Positions 44,805 through 56,019 of a DNA stretch of 64,000 bases are shown here, piece by piece. The notes beneath the pieces are model-generated. The model was given only the letters and a program-made list of their open reading frames with translations. It did not search any database and was not told where the DNA came from. The stretch spans positions 96,001 to 160,000 of the forward strand of contig CAWBAT010000004.1 in NCBI GenBank assembly GCA_963786955.1, written 5' to 3'. Both the position numbers and the translations under genes were made by a program. This stretch comes from an uncultured Acidimicrobiia bacterium. GTDB taxonomy: Bacteria > Acidobacteriota > Terriglobia > Versatilivoradales > Versatilivoraceae. The first letter of the stretch is position 1, and the number at the start of each line of letters is the position of its first letter.

Positions 44805-46277
44805 TTAGCGCTCAAAAGGATCCCTCCTGGGGAGGAGATGCTTTTGGATCTTCCCCAAAGCATTGCGTGGCAATTCGGTTATTTCAACGAATCTCTGTGG
44901 GATCTTGAACGATGCCAGATTCTTGGAACAAATCTCCTTCATCCATTCCGGATTAAATTCCCCCCGAGGGACAATATAAGCGATCGGCACTTCACCCCGA
45001 ACAGGGTCGTGTATGCCAATAACGGCGGCCTCTGCAACTCCCTCCTGTTGTTCCAGAAATTCCTCCACTTCCCTTGGATAGACATTGAAGCCACTGGAGA
45101 TGATGAGGTCACTCCTTCGTCCACAGATTGTGTAATATCCGTCCCCGGATCTCATCGCCAAATCTCCGGTGGCGAAAAATCCGTCTCTGAATGCGTTTGC
45201 GGTTGCTTCCGGTTTTCGCCAATAGCCGCTAAAAACGCTAGGGCTGCGGACATAGATTTCTCCCGTCTCATTGTCCCCAACAGCGTTCCCGAAATCATCC
45301 AGCAGCTGAACACTTACGCCAGGCAGAGGGCAACCGACTGTTCCCGGCCGACGCTCGCCGATATAAGGGTTACTGGTGATCATTAAAGTTTCTGTCATGC
45401 CATAGCGTTCCAAAATGGGATGCCCGAATTTCTTGTGAAACTCTGAAAATACTTCCGCGGACAGCGGTGCCGAACCGGAAACAAATAATCGCATCTGACG
45501 GCCGATTTTCTGGCAGATTTTAAATGGCAATTCCAACAGGTAAACATAGATCGTTGGGACGCCAAAAAACAAAGTTGGTCGGAAACCGACGAAAGTGCTT
45601 TCCGCCTTGTCCCGTTCATATTTCTCCCACAATCTCAGTCTGCATCCGGAAAAAAGCCAACAATGGAGGCCATTCCCAAGACCATGGACATGGAATAAGG
45701 GGAGGCTGAGAAGGAATCGATCTGCCGAATTTATTTGCCAAAAGGACAAAAGCGTCATGGCATTGGTTGTAAAATTCTTACGAGTAAGAACAGCTCCTTT
45801 GGGAGTTCCCGTCGTTCCAGAAGTATAGATGATGGCGGCGGGCGCGTCTTCGTCTACTTTCAGCGGGAGACGATGCGAGGGCATCTGTGAAGCCTTCGTT
45901 CCCACAATTGCCGGGTCCCAAACCGGGACTGTGCTGCAGATCGACTGACTGGCCAAGATCGCGCGCGGTTCTGCATCCTCGACAATTCGAGTAATTTCAC
46001 GCTCCTTGTAAAGGACATTGATGGGAAGAAAAACCGCGCTTAGCTTAATGCAAGCCAGATAGGCGAGAAGGAAGTCCAATCCATTGGGCAGGTAAACACC
46101 TAACCGATCTCCTGGGATCAATCCTTGCTGGTGGAAGAAATGGGCCCACTGGTTGCTCCGAAGTTCGAGCTCGCCGAATGTCAAGGTTGTGAGCGTGGAA
46201 GAACCCGATTGGATCTCGAGTCCAACTGAATCTCGCCGATCGACTAACGAAATGTCAAAGAAGTGAAGAAGATCCAT
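44805..46277 (-). CDS. Acyl-CoA synthetase (MatB/ACSF3-like)
   Basis: YTSGTTGTPKG, LPLFHVHG, ERYGMTET, GR.SDLIIS.GFNVYPRE, PRNALGK. Confidence 0.9.
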   Translation of the reverse strand: MDLLHFFDISLVDRRDSVGLEIQSGSSTLTTLTFGELELRSNQWAHFFHQQGLIPGDRLGVYLPNGLDFLLAYLACIKLSAVFLPINVLYKEREITRIVEDAEPRAILASQSICSTVPVWDPAIVGTKASQMPSHRLPLKVDEDAPAAIIYTSGTTGTPKGAVLTRKNFTTNAMTLLSFWQINSADRFLLSLPLFHVHGLGNGLHCWLFSGCRLRLWEKYERDKAESTFVGFRPTLFFGVPTIYVYLLELPFKICQKIGRQMRLFVSGSAPLSAEVFSEFHKKFGHPILERYGMTETLMITSNPYIGERRPGTVGCPLPGVSVQLLDDFGNAVGDNETGEIYVRSPSVFSGYWRKPEATANAFRDGFFATGDLAMRSGDGYYTICGRRSDLIISSGFNVYPREVEEFLEQQEGVAEAAVIGIHDPVRGEVPIAYIVPRGEFNPEWMKEICSKNLASFKIPQRFVEITELPRNALGKIQKHLLPRRDPFER

Positions 46278-46346
46278 GATTGGGGCGCGGCGATAAGAGA
46301 GGGCCCAGCCTTTCAGGTTGCTTCAGGCTGAAAAGAAGGGAACTTG

Positions 46347-47018
46347 CTAGACCTGAATCATCTTCAAATCTTTGTCGACTCTTATTTCTGCTTCGGTTGA
46401 ACGGGTCACTTCATCCACAGAGAGTCCTGGAGCAATTTCACGCAAAAGCAAACCGTTGGGGGTAACGTCGAGGACCGCCATTTCCGTGATGATGCGTTTG
46501 ACCACGCCTAATGCCGTCAATGGCAGCCGACAGTTCCTTTGAATCTTGGGCTTCTGGTCCTTTGTCTTATGCTCCATGGCCAAGACTACTCTTTTGGCGC
46601 CGACCGCCAGGTCCATCAAGCCGCCGACTCCCTGAACTTTTCTTCCCGGTACCATCCAATTGGCCAGATTGCCCGATTCATCGACCTCGTCTGCATCCAT
46701 AATGGACAAATCGAGGTGTCCTCCGCGAATCATGACAAAAGCTTCATCCACTGAAAAGTAACAGGAGGCCAGGGTTCTTGAAAGAATTGCATCCCCTCTT
46801 TCATGGTTGGGCAAATCTTCCCCTGTTGAAACAAGAGGGCGAAAGAACGCCAGTTGCCCTTCTTCCTCGAGCAGCATGACCTCGATTCCAGGAGGGATGA
46901 ATTGGTTCACGAGCGAAGGGATTCCCTTCCCCAGATTCACAGTTCCTCCGTCTTGCAGCTCCTGTGCGGCTCGTTTGGCAATGAATTCGTGGGTCAGATT
47001 CATGAAGGTCCTATTCAT
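46347..47018 (-). CDS. 3-oxoacid CoA-transferase subunit B-like
   Basis: IA.RAA.EL.DG..VNLG.GIP, MIRGGH.D, G.GG.MDL..GAK, IITE.AV. Confidence 0.88.
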   Translation of the reverse strand: MNRTFMNLTHEFIAKRAAQELQDGGTVNLGKGIPSLVNQFIPPGIEVMLLEEEGQLAFFRPLVSTGEDLPNHERGDAILSRTLASCYFSVDEAFVMIRGGHLDLSIMDADEVDESGNLANWMVPGRKVQGVGGLMDLAVGAKRVVLAMEHKTKDQKPKIQRNCRLPLTALGVVKRIITEMAVLDVTPNGLLLREIAPGLSVDEVTRSTEAEIRVDKDLKMIQV

Positions 47019-47707
47019 TCAGTGGCTTGGTTCAGTTCTTGGGCCGAGGCTAGGATTTCTTTCTGGACGACGCGCTGAACGAAGATCCCGGGAGTATGAA
47101 CCTGATTCGGATCCAGCTGACCGTCTACTACCAATTCCTCCACCTCAGCAATCGTAATATCCGCTGCGGCGGCCATTGTTGAATTAAAATTGCGAGAGGT
47201 CGTTTCATAAATCAAGTTTCCAAAGCGATCCCCCTTCCAGGCCTTGATAAATGCAAACGTGGCTTTGAGGGGAAATTCCAAAACGTAATTCTTTCCGTTC
47301 AGTGTTCTGGTTTCTTTATTCTCAGCCAGGATCGTTCCGAATGCGGTTGGAGTAAGGAATCCTCCGAGCCCCGCGCCTCCCGCACGGATGCGCTCTGAAA
47401 AAGTCCCTAGAGCATTCAGTTCAATCTGCAACTCCCCTTTTTTGACGAGATCCTCAAAAAAATGGTCCTCGCCGACGAAGGCGGCAATCAACTTTTTAAC
47501 CTGATGCTTTTCCAAGAGAATTTTAACCCCTTGGCCGTTGCTTCCAAGATCATGAGAGATGATGGTCAGATTCTTGGTTCCTTTCGTATAGAGCATATTG
47601 ATGAGACTTTGCGGGATTCCCTGATCTTCAAAGCCACCGATCATGATCGTTGCTCCGTCGACCAGGTCCACCATCGTCTGCTGGATACTGGGGAATATTT
47701 TGTTCAA
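47015..47707 (-). CDS. 3-oxoacid CoA-transferase subunit A-like
   Basis: DG.TIMIGGF, GT..ERIRAGGAG, KA.KGD..GNL, RNFN..MA.A, HTPGIFV. Confidence 0.9.
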   Translation of the reverse strand: MNKIFPSIQQTMVDLVDGATIMIGGFEDQGIPQSLINMLYTKGTKNLTIISHDLGSNGQGVKILLEKHQVKKLIAAFVGEDHFFEDLVKKGELQIELNALGTFSERIRAGGAGLGGFLTPTAFGTILAENKETRTLNGKNYVLEFPLKATFAFIKAWKGDRFGNLIYETTSRNFNSTMAAAADITIAEVEELVVDGQLDPNQVHTPGIFVQRVVQKEILASAQELNQATE

Positions 47708-47745
47708 GTGCGCCCTCGGAGAATGGAATTATATTTTTGCCGAAT

Positions 47746-48771
47746 TCACGCCAGACTTCGACCGAGTACGGCAGCAATCTGACCCAGCTCCCGGATGAGC
47801 GTTTCGAATTGGTGGGGATAGAGCGATTGTGCCCCATCGCTGACGGCCTTCTCCGGATTTGGGTGGACCTCAACTAACAGACCGTCAGCGCCCGCGGCCA
47901 CCGCCGCGCGAGCCATGGGAGGAACTTTGTCGCGGCGCCCGGTCCCATGAGAGGGGTCCGCGATGATAGGTAAGTGCGAGAGTTTCTGGACAACCGGGAT
48001 CGCGGAGATGTCCAAAGTGTTTCGAGTATAATTTTCAAAGGTTCGAATGCCGCGTTCGCAAAGAATAATATTCTGATTACCCCCTGCCAGAATGTACTCC
48101 GCGGACAACAACCACTCCTCTATGGTTGCAGCAATCCCTCGCTTCAAAAGCACGGGCTTCTGGATTTTGCCCAGTTCTTTAAGCAAATTGAAGTTCTGCA
48201 TGTTGCGTGCTCCAACTTGCAGGATATCCGTGTAGTCAAGCATCAAGGGGATCTGAGTCTGATCCATGACTTCGCTGATGACAAACAAGCCGAAACGATC
48301 CGCGGCACGCCGCATCAACCGGAGCCCTTCTTCCCCGAGGCCCTGAAACGAGTAAGGTGAGGAACGCGGCTTAAAGGCTCCTCCACGCAACACCGGGATA
48401 TTGCTCCGGGAAACTAGCTCCGCAATGGTCTCGATCTGCTCCTCGTTTTCGACACTGCAAGGGCCTGCCATGATGACCACTCGTTCGCCGCCGATCTCCA
48501 GATTCTGCCTGGCATTGGTCAACCGAACGCGCGTGCTCTCAGGTTTGAATTGGCGGCAAGCCAGTTTGTAAGGAACCGTGATTCGCACGACTTCTCCGAC
48601 GCCTTCCAAAATTTCGATTTCCTTGGGATCGACGACCTTCCTGCCTACCACGCCCAAGACGGTGCGATTCACTCCGGTGGAGCGATGGATATCAAAACCC
48701 AAATCGACCAGTTTCTCGACCACGTGTTGGATCTGCGCTTCTGAAGCGCCTTCCTGCATAATCACAACCAT
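47746..48771 (-). CDS. aroF: 3-deoxy-7-phosphoheptulonate (DAHP) synthase, type I-beta with N-terminal regulatory domain
   Basis: [30 protein letters not shown]. Confidence 0.95.
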   Translation of the reverse strand: MVVIMQEGASEAQIQHVVEKLVDLGFDIHRSTGVNRTVLGVVGRKVVDPKEIEILEGVGEVVRITVPYKLACRQFKPESTRVRLTNARQNLEIGGERVVIMAGPCSVENEEQIETIAELVSRSNIPVLRGGAFKPRSSPYSFQGLGEEGLRLMRRAADRFGLFVISEVMDQTQIPLMLDYTDILQVGARNMQNFNLLKELGKIQKPVLLKRGIAATIEEWLLSAEYILAGGNQNIILCERGIRTFENYTRNTLDISAIPVVQKLSHLPIIADPSHGTGRRDKVPPMARAAVAAGADGLLVEVHPNPEKAVSDGAQSLYPHQFETLIRELGQIAAVLGRSLA

Positions 48772-48786
48772 GAGTGCTCTCGCTCC

Positions 48787-49056
48787 TTATTCTTCATGGA
48801 CAATTCTTTCCACCCGCCTGGACTCATCCAAAATTCTCTCAAAGAGCCGCTTCAAAGCTTCGTTCTCGAGAGGACCCCGATTGTCACGCAAAAGTCTTTC
48901 CAGGATTTCTTTTTCACGCTGGGGATCGTAAACGGGGAGCTGCTGCTGGCGTTTAATCTTCCCGATTTCAATCACACAATGAGATCGTTCACTCAGCAAT
49001 TTCGCGAGTTGCTGATCGATCTCGTCAATCCGTTTCCGCCAGTGGCTGATATCCAT
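48787..49056 (-). CDS. Chorismate mutase (AroQ)
   Basis: R.RID.ID..L..LL..R, IG.IK, YDP.RE. Confidence 0.9.
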   Translation of the reverse strand: MDISHWRKRIDEIDQQLAKLLSERSHCVIEIGKIKRQQQLPVYDPQREKEILERLLRDNRGPLENEALKRLFERILDESRRVERIVHEE

Positions 49057-49059
49057 ACC

Positions 49060-49854
49060 TTACATTCCTCCTCGTAACCAGCGGGTGAACTCTCCTACCT
49101 TCTTTGCCAGCGACGGGTCTCCTAAATTCTCTTCCATACAACGGACGATGGCACTTCCAACGACGACACCATCCGCAACGCGCGCGACCGCTTGAACTTG
49201 CTCTGGCGTCGAGATTCCAAAGCCCACTGCGATCGGAAGCGCGGAATGTTGCCGGATTCTCTCGACGAGCAGGCTGGCTTCATCCGATACAGATTCCTGG
49301 ACTCCGGTCACTCCCGTCCGGGATACCGCATAGATAAACCCGGAAGAATAGCGGGCGATCTTCTTAATGCGTTCGCTGGTGCTGGTTGGGGCGGCGAGGA
49401 AGACACAATCCATGGAAGACTTTCTCAAGCTGGCAACAGGGATTTCTGCTTCTTCGACAGAAAGATCCGTGATCAGAAACCCATCCACGCCGCTGGCTTT
49501 CGTTTCCCGGATCAAGGATTCAAAACCATACGCAAAGAGCGGATTATAATAACTAAACAAGATGAATGGGACTTCCGTTATCTGTCGCAATTCGCTGACC
49601 AAACGGAACGCTCTCGGAAGTGTGAACCCTCCACCGTTTAAGGCGCGCTCGCTGGCTCTTTGGATCACCGGCCCATCGGCGACCGGGTCGGAAAAGGGAA
49701 CACCCAGCTCAATCAAGTCCGCCCCCGCTTCCGCCAGAGCGAGTACCGTCTGACGCGTCGTTTCAAAATCCGGGTCTCCCAATGTGATAAAAGGAATGAA
49801 CGCTTTTTTCCCTTCCTGTTTCAGCTGCTGAAATTTTGAACTGATCCGGCCCAT
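49060..49854 (-). CDS. trpA: Tryptophan synthase alpha chain
   Basis: ELGVPFSDPVADGPVIQ, SRTGVTG, VGFGIS. Confidence 0.97.
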   Translation of the reverse strand: MGRISSKFQQLKQEGKKAFIPFITLGDPDFETTRQTVLALAEAGADLIELGVPFSDPVADGPVIQRASERALNGGGFTLPRAFRLVSELRQITEVPFILFSYYNPLFAYGFESLIRETKASGVDGFLITDLSVEEAEIPVASLRKSSMDCVFLAAPTSTSERIKKIARYSSGFIYAVSRTGVTGVQESVSDEASLLVERIRQHSALPIAVGFGISTPEQVQAVARVADGVVVGSAIVRCMEENLGDPSLAKKVGEFTRWLRGGM

Positions 49855-49880
49855 TGTTCTAAATATTGAAGAGCGAGTCG

Positions 49881-51107
49881 CTACTGAGAGGTTGCGGCCA
49901 CCGTCTGAACATCTTTGTCTCCGCGACCTGAGAGATTAATGATGACGAGGTCTTTTGCCCCCAAACCGGGAGCGATTCGGATGGCTTCAGCCACCGCATG
50001 AGCGCTTTCCAAAGCGGGAATGATTCCTTCCAGCCGACAGAGGAGATGAAACGCGTCCAGGGCCTCCTTGTCATTCACCGAGGTATAGCGGATTCGACCG
50101 ATGTCATGCAGGTAGGCATGTTCCGGCCCTACGGACGCATAATCTAAACCAGCCGATATGGAATGGGTTGTGGCGATCTGCCCATCTTCCGTCTGTAAGA
50201 CATAGGAGTAAGTCCCCTGCAGGATGCCAGGCTTGCCTCCTTCAAATCGGGATGCATGATCCCCCAAGCATTTTCCCCTTCCTCCAGCCTCGACGCCGAC
50301 CATCTGAACCGCAGAATCCTGCAGGAAAGCATGAAACAATCCGATGGAGTTGCTGCCGCCTCCGACACAGGCAAGGAGCAGGTTGGGAAGTCTGCCTTCC
50401 TTCTCCAAAATCTGATGGCGTGCTTCCTTTCCGATAACGGACTGGAAATCCCGTACCATCAGAGGATATGGGTGAGCACTCAGTACCGAACCGAGCAGGT
50501 AGTAGGTGTGGCGCACGTTGGTTACCCAATCCCGAATCGCTTCATTAATCGCGTCTTTAAGAGTCTTGCTCCCGCTGTTCACACCATGCACTTGCGCCCC
50601 CAGGATCCGCATCCGATAAACATTCAGCTCCTGGCGCTTCATGTCCTCGACTCCCATATACACTTCGCAATCCAATCCAAGCAGAGCGCATACCGTGGCT
50701 GTGGCAACGCCATGCTGCCCTGCCCCTGTTTCCGCAATGACCCGTTTTTTTCCCATTCGCTTTGCAAGCAAAGCCTGTCCCAGGCAGTTGTTGATCTTAT
50801 GGGCCCCGGTATGATTGAGATCTTCCCGTTTTAGATAAATTTTTGCTCCCCCCAAATGGCGGGTTAGCCGATCGGCATAAAACAGGGGGGTGGGTCTGCC
50901 GGAATAATTCGCGAACAGCCAGCTCAATTCTGTTTGAAAAGCGGGATCCTGCCTTGCTGCGAGGTAAGCCTGTTCCAGTTCATCGAGAGGCTGCATCAGC
51001 GTTTCCGGAACAAATTTCCCGCCGTAGGAGCCATAATGGCCGGAATCGTCGGGCAACTTTGGTACAGAGGGAAACGACATAAGCCTCCTATTCTCCCCGG
51101 AACTCAC
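49881..51107 (-). CDS. trpB: Tryptophan synthase beta chain
   Basis: [32 protein letters not shown]. Confidence 0.98.
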   Translation of the reverse strand: MSSGENRRLMSFPSVPKLPDDSGHYGSYGGKFVPETLMQPLDELEQAYLAARQDPAFQTELSWLFANYSGRPTPLFYADRLTRHLGGAKIYLKREDLNHTGAHKINNCLGQALLAKRMGKKRVIAETGAGQHGVATATVCALLGLDCEVYMGVEDMKRQELNVYRMRILGAQVHGVNSGSKTLKDAINEAIRDWVTNVRHTYYLLGSVLSAHPYPLMVRDFQSVIGKEARHQILEKEGRLPNLLLACVGGGSNSIGLFHAFLQDSAVQMVGVEAGGRGKCLGDHASRFEGGKPGILQGTYSYVLQTEDGQIATTHSISAGLDYASVGPEHAYLHDIGRIRYTSVNDKEALDAFHLLCRLEGIIPALESAHAVAEAIRIAPGLGAKDLVIINLSGRGDKDVQTVAATSQ

Positions 51108-51733
51108 GCGTCAAACCGGAATTGATGAATCTGGTGGAAAAGGGCCGTCATTCTTTCGGGGTCCTTTTTACCGGGTTCACTCTCAACGCCACTGCAAATA
51201 TCGACCGCATAAGGATGAACCTGACGAATAGCCTCAACGATGTTCTCGTGCTTCAGCCCACCCGCCAGGATGATCCGTCCATAGGCTTTGGCGGCAACCG
51301 CAATCTCCCAATTGAAAACCTTTCCCGTACCACCCATGAGTTCAGGATCGAAGGTGTCCAGCAGATAAGCCCCCGCCGAATAGGCACTCAATAGGGCTAG
51401 ATCAAATTCGGGGTCCACACGAAAGGTCTTGATCACCCGAAGTTCATCCACCTTTTTCACATATTCCGGAGATTCAGATCCGTGGAGCTGCACCGCATTG
51501 AGTCCCACCGCATGCGCAATGCTCGAGATCCTCTCCGGACTGAACTCATCCGCAAAAACTCCAATTGTAGAAACCAAAGGGGGTAGCTCTTCAATAATCA
51601 ACTTGGCTTTGGACGGCTCGATATAGCGGGGGCTCTTCTTGCAAAAATTGAACCCCAAGGCGTCCGCGCCTAGATCGACCGCCAATTGGGCGTCTTCCAA
51701 GTTGGTAATCCCGCAGATTTTTACTTTGACCAT
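51104..51733 (-). CDS. trpF: Phosphoribosylanthranilate isomerase
   Basis: VKICGIT, QLHG.ES, GGTG..F.W, LAGGL. Confidence 0.96.
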   Translation of the reverse strand: MVKVKICGITNLEDAQLAVDLGADALGFNFCKKSPRYIEPSKAKLIIEELPPLVSTIGVFADEFSPERISSIAHAVGLNAVQLHGSESPEYVKKVDELRVIKTFRVDPEFDLALLSAYSAGAYLLDTFDPELMGGTGKVFNWEIAVAAKAYGRIILAGGLKHENIVEAIRQVHPYAVDICSGVESEPGKKDPERMTALFHQIHQFRFDA

Positions 51734-51736
51734 GGC

Positions 51737-52540
51737 TTAATTCAGGCTTCGAATCATCAATTCCCGCAGCGATTTTCCAGGGTTTGCAGACTTCATAAAC
51801 AACTCACCGATAAGAAACGCATCATATCCGACTCCGCGCAACATCCGAATATCGTCGGCCGTCTGAATTCCGCTTTCACTGACGAGGATCACGGAGTCCG
51901 GCACATGGGGCGCCAAGTGCACGGAGGTATTCATATCCACTCGAAACGTCTTCAGGTCTCGATTATTGACACCAATGATTCGGGCGTCCGATTCTAAGGC
52001 AATGCGGAGCTCCGGAAGGCTGTGGACTTCCACGAGCACATCCAAGCCCAGTTTCCCGGCCAATCCCATGAGTTGTTTGAGCTGCGCAGGATCGAGAATC
52101 GCGACGATCAGCAGGATTGCGTCGGCTCCGGCCTGGACGGCTTCATAAAGCTGGTAAGAATCAAAGATGAAATCCTTGCGCAAGATCGGGCGAGCAACGG
52201 CATGGCGAACCAATTTCAAATGATCCAACGAACCTTGGAAATAGTCCTCCTCGGTCAAAACCGAAATGGCAGCCGCGTTGTTCGATTCGTAATCCATCGC
52301 AAGTTGAACCGGGTCATAATCGTCGCGAAGAAGCCCCTTGGAAGGTGAGGCCTTCTTAATCTCGGCAATCACGTTGAGTCGTTCCGTCCGATCTAACGCA
52401 TCATAAAACGAGCGCAGCTTAATTCCTTGACGTCGTATCCCTTGCGACGTTGCCTCCTCGAGAACAGGTTGAGTCCTCTTCAGTTGCTCCACTTTCGCCT
52501 TCTTGTCTTGAACAATGCGGGAAAGCCGATTTTCTTCCAA
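51737..52540 (-). CDS. trpC: Indole-3-glycerol phosphate synthase
   Basis: IAEIKKASPSKG, LRKDFI, GVNNRDL, SESGI; TTG start at 52540 after GAGG. Confidence 0.96.
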   Translation of the reverse strand: MEENRLSRIVQDKKAKVEQLKRTQPVLEEATSQGIRRQGIKLRSFYDALDRTERLNVIAEIKKASPSKGLLRDDYDPVQLAMDYESNNAAAISVLTEEDYFQGSLDHLKLVRHAVARPILRKDFIFDSYQLYEAVQAGADAILLIVAILDPAQLKQLMGLAGKLGLDVLVEVHSLPELRIALESDARIIGVNNRDLKTFRVDMNTSVHLAPHVPDSVILVSESGIQTADDIRMLRGVGYDAFLIGELFMKSANPGKSLRELMIRSLN

Positions 52541-52631
52541 TCTCAAACCTCGGGTTTCTGAATTCCTTGCAGTACCAGTATACAATTGTGGATAAGAGAG
52601 TAGAGTAACGAATCCCTCACCCCAAGCAGCA

Positions 52632-52693
52632 AAAGGGGTGAAAAGATTCCGCTGGGACGGGAATGAAGCATGGCAAATGCTTCACGCCTACAA
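52632..52693 (-). repeat. About 60-bp GTAG-type REP unit, copy of 63696-63757
   Basis: Reverse complement TTGTAGGCGTGAAGCATTTGCCATGCTTCATTCCCGTCCCAGCGGAAT..TTCAC. Confidence 0.75.
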
Positions 52694-52735
52694 TATTGGG
52701 GCAAGTCCCTCAAAATAATTTTAAGACATGGGTCC

Positions 52736-53809
52736 TCACGTGGCGCTCTCAATTGTTTTCACCTTCTTCTTGTTTGTGTACTCGATCAGAGCCTTCAACT
52801 TCTCCAAGGCAGCACCACTTTCCAGAGACTGTCTGGCCAATGCTACCCCATCTGCAATCGACCCGGCAACGCCAGCAACATAAATTCCAGCGGCAGCATT
52901 GAGCAGGACGATGTCACTCCTCGCATCATGACGCTTGAGCGCCAGCACATCATGGAGGATCTCCGCATTTTCATCGACGCCGCCGCCTGAATACTCTTGA
53001 GCTGGCTGGCGAGAAAATCCGAAAGTTTCCGGAAATACCATCGTTGTCTTGAGTGTTCCATCTTTGAGTTCGGTGATTTTCGTCGCCCCCCCCAAGCTGA
53101 TTTCATCTAAGCCATCCAGACCAGCAAACACCAACGCGTGCTCACAACCCAGCTGCTGTAAGGCTTCCCCCAAGAGATTTGTCAGATGCGGGGCATAGAC
53201 TCCGATGATCTGCCGGCGCGCGCCGGCCGGATTCAACAAGGGCCCCAGAAGGTTAAAGATGGTTCGAACACCCAATTCCTTCCGGACCCGGCTAACCATT
53301 TTCATGGCCGGATGAAAAGAAGGCGCAAAGAGAAAAGTAATGCCCGTCTCTGCCAGACATTCTTCCAGGATCTCCTTGGAGGCATCGACGTTGACCCCCA
53401 GCCGCGTCAGGACATCGGCACTGCCACATCGCCCTGAAATTGCCCGATTTCCATGTTTGGCTACGGGGACACCGGCTCCCGCAATGACGAATGCGGCACC
53501 CGTCGAGACATTGAAAGTGCCTGATCCGTCCCCACCCGTTCCGGCCGTATCGACCAGCCTTTCCTTCTGATGATTCAGTCTCACAGCGTAGTCGCGCATT
53601 CCGTGAACGAAACCGACCACTTCACTGACCGACTCCCCTTTGGCCGACAGCCTCATGAGCAAGGCGGCAATTTGAATTTCCGTGAGCTGTTCCTGAAAGA
53701 TTCCTTGAACACATGATTTGGCTTCTTCGCTTTCAAGATGAAAGCCTCTCTGCAATTTCTTCATGACTTCGAGATAAAAGGACTGGTAGTTCATGACCTG
53801 TGGTTCCAA
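52736..53809 (-). CDS. trpD: Anthranilate phosphoribosyltransferase
   Basis: DTAGTGGDG..TFNVST, KHGNR, GSADVL. Confidence 0.97.
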   Translation of the reverse strand: MEPQVMNYQSFYLEVMKKLQRGFHLESEEAKSCVQGIFQEQLTEIQIAALLMRLSAKGESVSEVVGFVHGMRDYAVRLNHQKERLVDTAGTGGDGSGTFNVSTGAAFVIAGAGVPVAKHGNRAISGRCGSADVLTRLGVNVDASKEILEECLAETGITFLFAPSFHPAMKMVSRVRKELGVRTIFNLLGPLLNPAGARRQIIGVYAPHLTNLLGEALQQLGCEHALVFAGLDGLDEISLGGATKITELKDGTLKTTMVFPETFGFSRQPAQEYSGGGVDENAEILHDVLALKRHDARSDIVLLNAAAGIYVAGVAGSIADGVALARQSLESGAALEKLKALIEYTNKKKVKTIESAT

Positions 53810-53878
53810 GATTGGAATCCAAACCTGGCTCGCTTCATCTTGATTTTCTTGGGGGAAATGGAAAATCCGCAGACCGGC

Positions 53879-54442
53879 TTATAACTGCAAGAAATTTTCG
53901 AGCAGTTTTTTCCCATGCGCGGTCAAGATGGACTCCGGGTGAAATTGGACACCCTCAATCGGAAAATCCCGATGGCGCAATCCCATGATCAATCCATCAG
54001 TTGACGTCGCAGAGACCTCCAGACACTTCGGCAAGGTTTTGCGTTCCACCATCAGAGAATGATAGCGCGTCGCCAGAAAACGATAGGGCAGCCCAGTAAA
54101 AATAGTCCGATTGTCATGGCAGATTTCGCTCGTCTTCCCGTGCATCAGGTACGGCGCGGGGACTACGCGACCGCCGAAAACTTGGCCAATCGCTTGGTGG
54201 CCCAGACAAACACCCAGAATCGGCTTCTTGGATTCAAAGGCCTTGATGACTTTCAACGTGATGCCAGACTGATCAGGGGTCCCAGGTCCCGGAGAAATCA
54301 CGATGCGTTCCGGGTCGAGCTCGGCAATTTGCGGGACATCGATCTTGTCGTTCCGGAAAACTTGGATATCTTGTCCCAATTCGCCCAAGTATTGAACAAG
54401 ATTGTAGGTAAAGGAATCGTAATTATCGATCACCAGAATCAT
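53879..54442 (-). CDS. trpG: Anthranilate synthase component II
   Basis: [29 protein letters not shown]. Confidence 0.95.
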   Translation of the reverse strand: MILVIDNYDSFTYNLVQYLGELGQDIQVFRNDKIDVPQIAELDPERIVISPGPGTPDQSGITLKVIKAFESKKPILGVCLGHQAIGQVFGGRVVPAPYLMHGKTSEICHDNRTIFTGLPYRFLATRYHSLMVERKTLPKCLEVSATSTDGLIMGLRHRDFPIEGVQFHPESILTAHGKKLLENFLQL

Positions 54443-54451
54443 TTCCGCTCC

Positions 54452-55930
54452 TCAAAACCCTCTCTCGGCCATTTCCACGGCTTTAATCAAGGCTCGCGAC
54501 TTGTTGATCGTCTCTTGATATTCCTTTTCAGGAATCGAATCCGCGACAATCCCGCCACCGGCCTGAATGTAAGCCTTTCCATCTTTGACAACCAAGGTGC
54601 GAATCGCAATGCATGAATCCAGGTTGCCGGAGAAGTCCAGATAAAGGATGGCGCCTGCATAAACGGCCCGGCGTGTCGGTTCCAATTGGTCGATGATTTC
54701 CATGGCCCGAACTTTGGGCGCTCCCGTGACAGTCCCGGCGGGGAAGCAGGCCATCAGTGCTTCGAACCGGTCGACCTCCGGTCTTAATTGACCCCGCAAG
54801 CTAGAGACTAAATGCATGACATGCGAATACTTCTCAATAGACATCAGGTTAACCACTTCCACGCTGCCAAATTCGCAAACCTTTCCAAGATCATTTCGTC
54901 CCAGGTCCACCAGCATGATATGTTCGGCCTTTTCCTTCTCGTCCGCCTTGAGCTCTTCCGCCAATAATGCATCTTCATCTTCATCTTTTCCGCGCGGGCG
55001 TGTACCGGCGATGGGACGGTATTGGATGGATCCATCGATAATCTTGACAAGCATCTCCGGGGACGAACCGATGACAGAATGATCCTTGAGTTTCAGATAA
55101 AACATGTAGGGAGAAGGGTTGACCATGCGTAGGGCCCGATAGATGTTGAAGCTCGAGGTCGTTACGGAAACGGTGAATCGTTGAGATAATACCGCTTGAA
55201 AAATATCACCGGCCTTGATCGATTCTTTGCACTTATCCACGGCCTTTAAATAATCCGATTTCGAAAAGTTAGACTTCACCGTATCGTCTTCCGTCTGCGC
55301 CTGCCCAAACGGAGGAATCGCGACGGGCTGTTTGAGAAGTGACTCCAAGGATTCGATCTCTGACAAAGCCGTCTGATACTTAGCTTCAAGCTGGTCGGCA
55401 CTTTCATCCACAAAAACATTTGAGATGATGAGAATTTGCTGCCGGACATGATCAAATGCCAAGAGAGTCGAGTAAAACATGAGGATCGCATCCTCCAACT
55501 GGAGGTCATCCTCGCCTTGCTGCGGGATATTCTCGACCCAGCGAATCGTGTCATAGGCAAAGTATCCGACGGCGCCACCCACAAAGGGGGGAAGCCCTGG
55601 CTGCTTGACAGGTTGGTAGCGTTCGGTGACCTTCTTCATGACGTCCAACAGGTGGCCTTTTCGCTTGAGGGTTTCCTTGCCGCGGATGATTTCCACAAGA
55701 TCCCCACGAGCACTCAGAATGAGATAGGGATTGCAGCCTAGAAATGAAAAACGTGCGATCTTCTCTCCACCTTCGACACTTTCCAGCAGAAAAGCGTTCG
55801 GCATATTGGGTTCAATCCGGAGAAAGGCCGAAACAGGTGTGAGCAAGTCCGCGCTAACTGCCTTGTATATTGGGATGATGTTCCCTTGCTTGGTAAGTTC
55901 TATAAATTTATCAAAGCTTGGATAGATCAT
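54452..55930 (-). CDS. trpE: Anthranilate synthase component I
   Basis: LLESVEGG, NPSPYMF, EH.MLVDLGRND, GAPKVRAM. Confidence 0.97.
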   Translation of the reverse strand: MIYPSFDKFIELTKQGNIIPIYKAVSADLLTPVSAFLRIEPNMPNAFLLESVEGGEKIARFSFLGCNPYLILSARGDLVEIIRGKETLKRKGHLLDVMKKVTERYQPVKQPGLPPFVGGAVGYFAYDTIRWVENIPQQGEDDLQLEDAILMFYSTLLAFDHVRQQILIISNVFVDESADQLEAKYQTALSEIESLESLLKQPVAIPPFGQAQTEDDTVKSNFSKSDYLKAVDKCKESIKAGDIFQAVLSQRFTVSVTTSSFNIYRALRMVNPSPYMFYLKLKDHSVIGSSPEMLVKIIDGSIQYRPIAGTRPRGKDEDEDALLAEELKADEKEKAEHIMLVDLGRNDLGKVCEFGSVEVVNLMSIEKYSHVMHLVSSLRGQLRPEVDRFEALMACFPAGTVTGAPKVRAMEIIDQLEPTRRAVYAGAILYLDFSGNLDSCIAIRTLVVKDGKAYIQAGGGIVADSIPEKEYQETINKSRALIKAVEMAERGF

Positions 55931-56019
55931 TTTTGGTTACGTTTCGATTATTCGAGACCAATGGAAGAGCTGAAGTTGAATGGAATCCCTCGCCCTTCTT
56001 ACTGAAATTCAGCTATCCC

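Noticed and set aside
55931-56019. trp attenuator or leader peptide upstream of trpE
   Set aside because: No Trp-rich leader ORF or convincing terminator/antiterminator pair seen.
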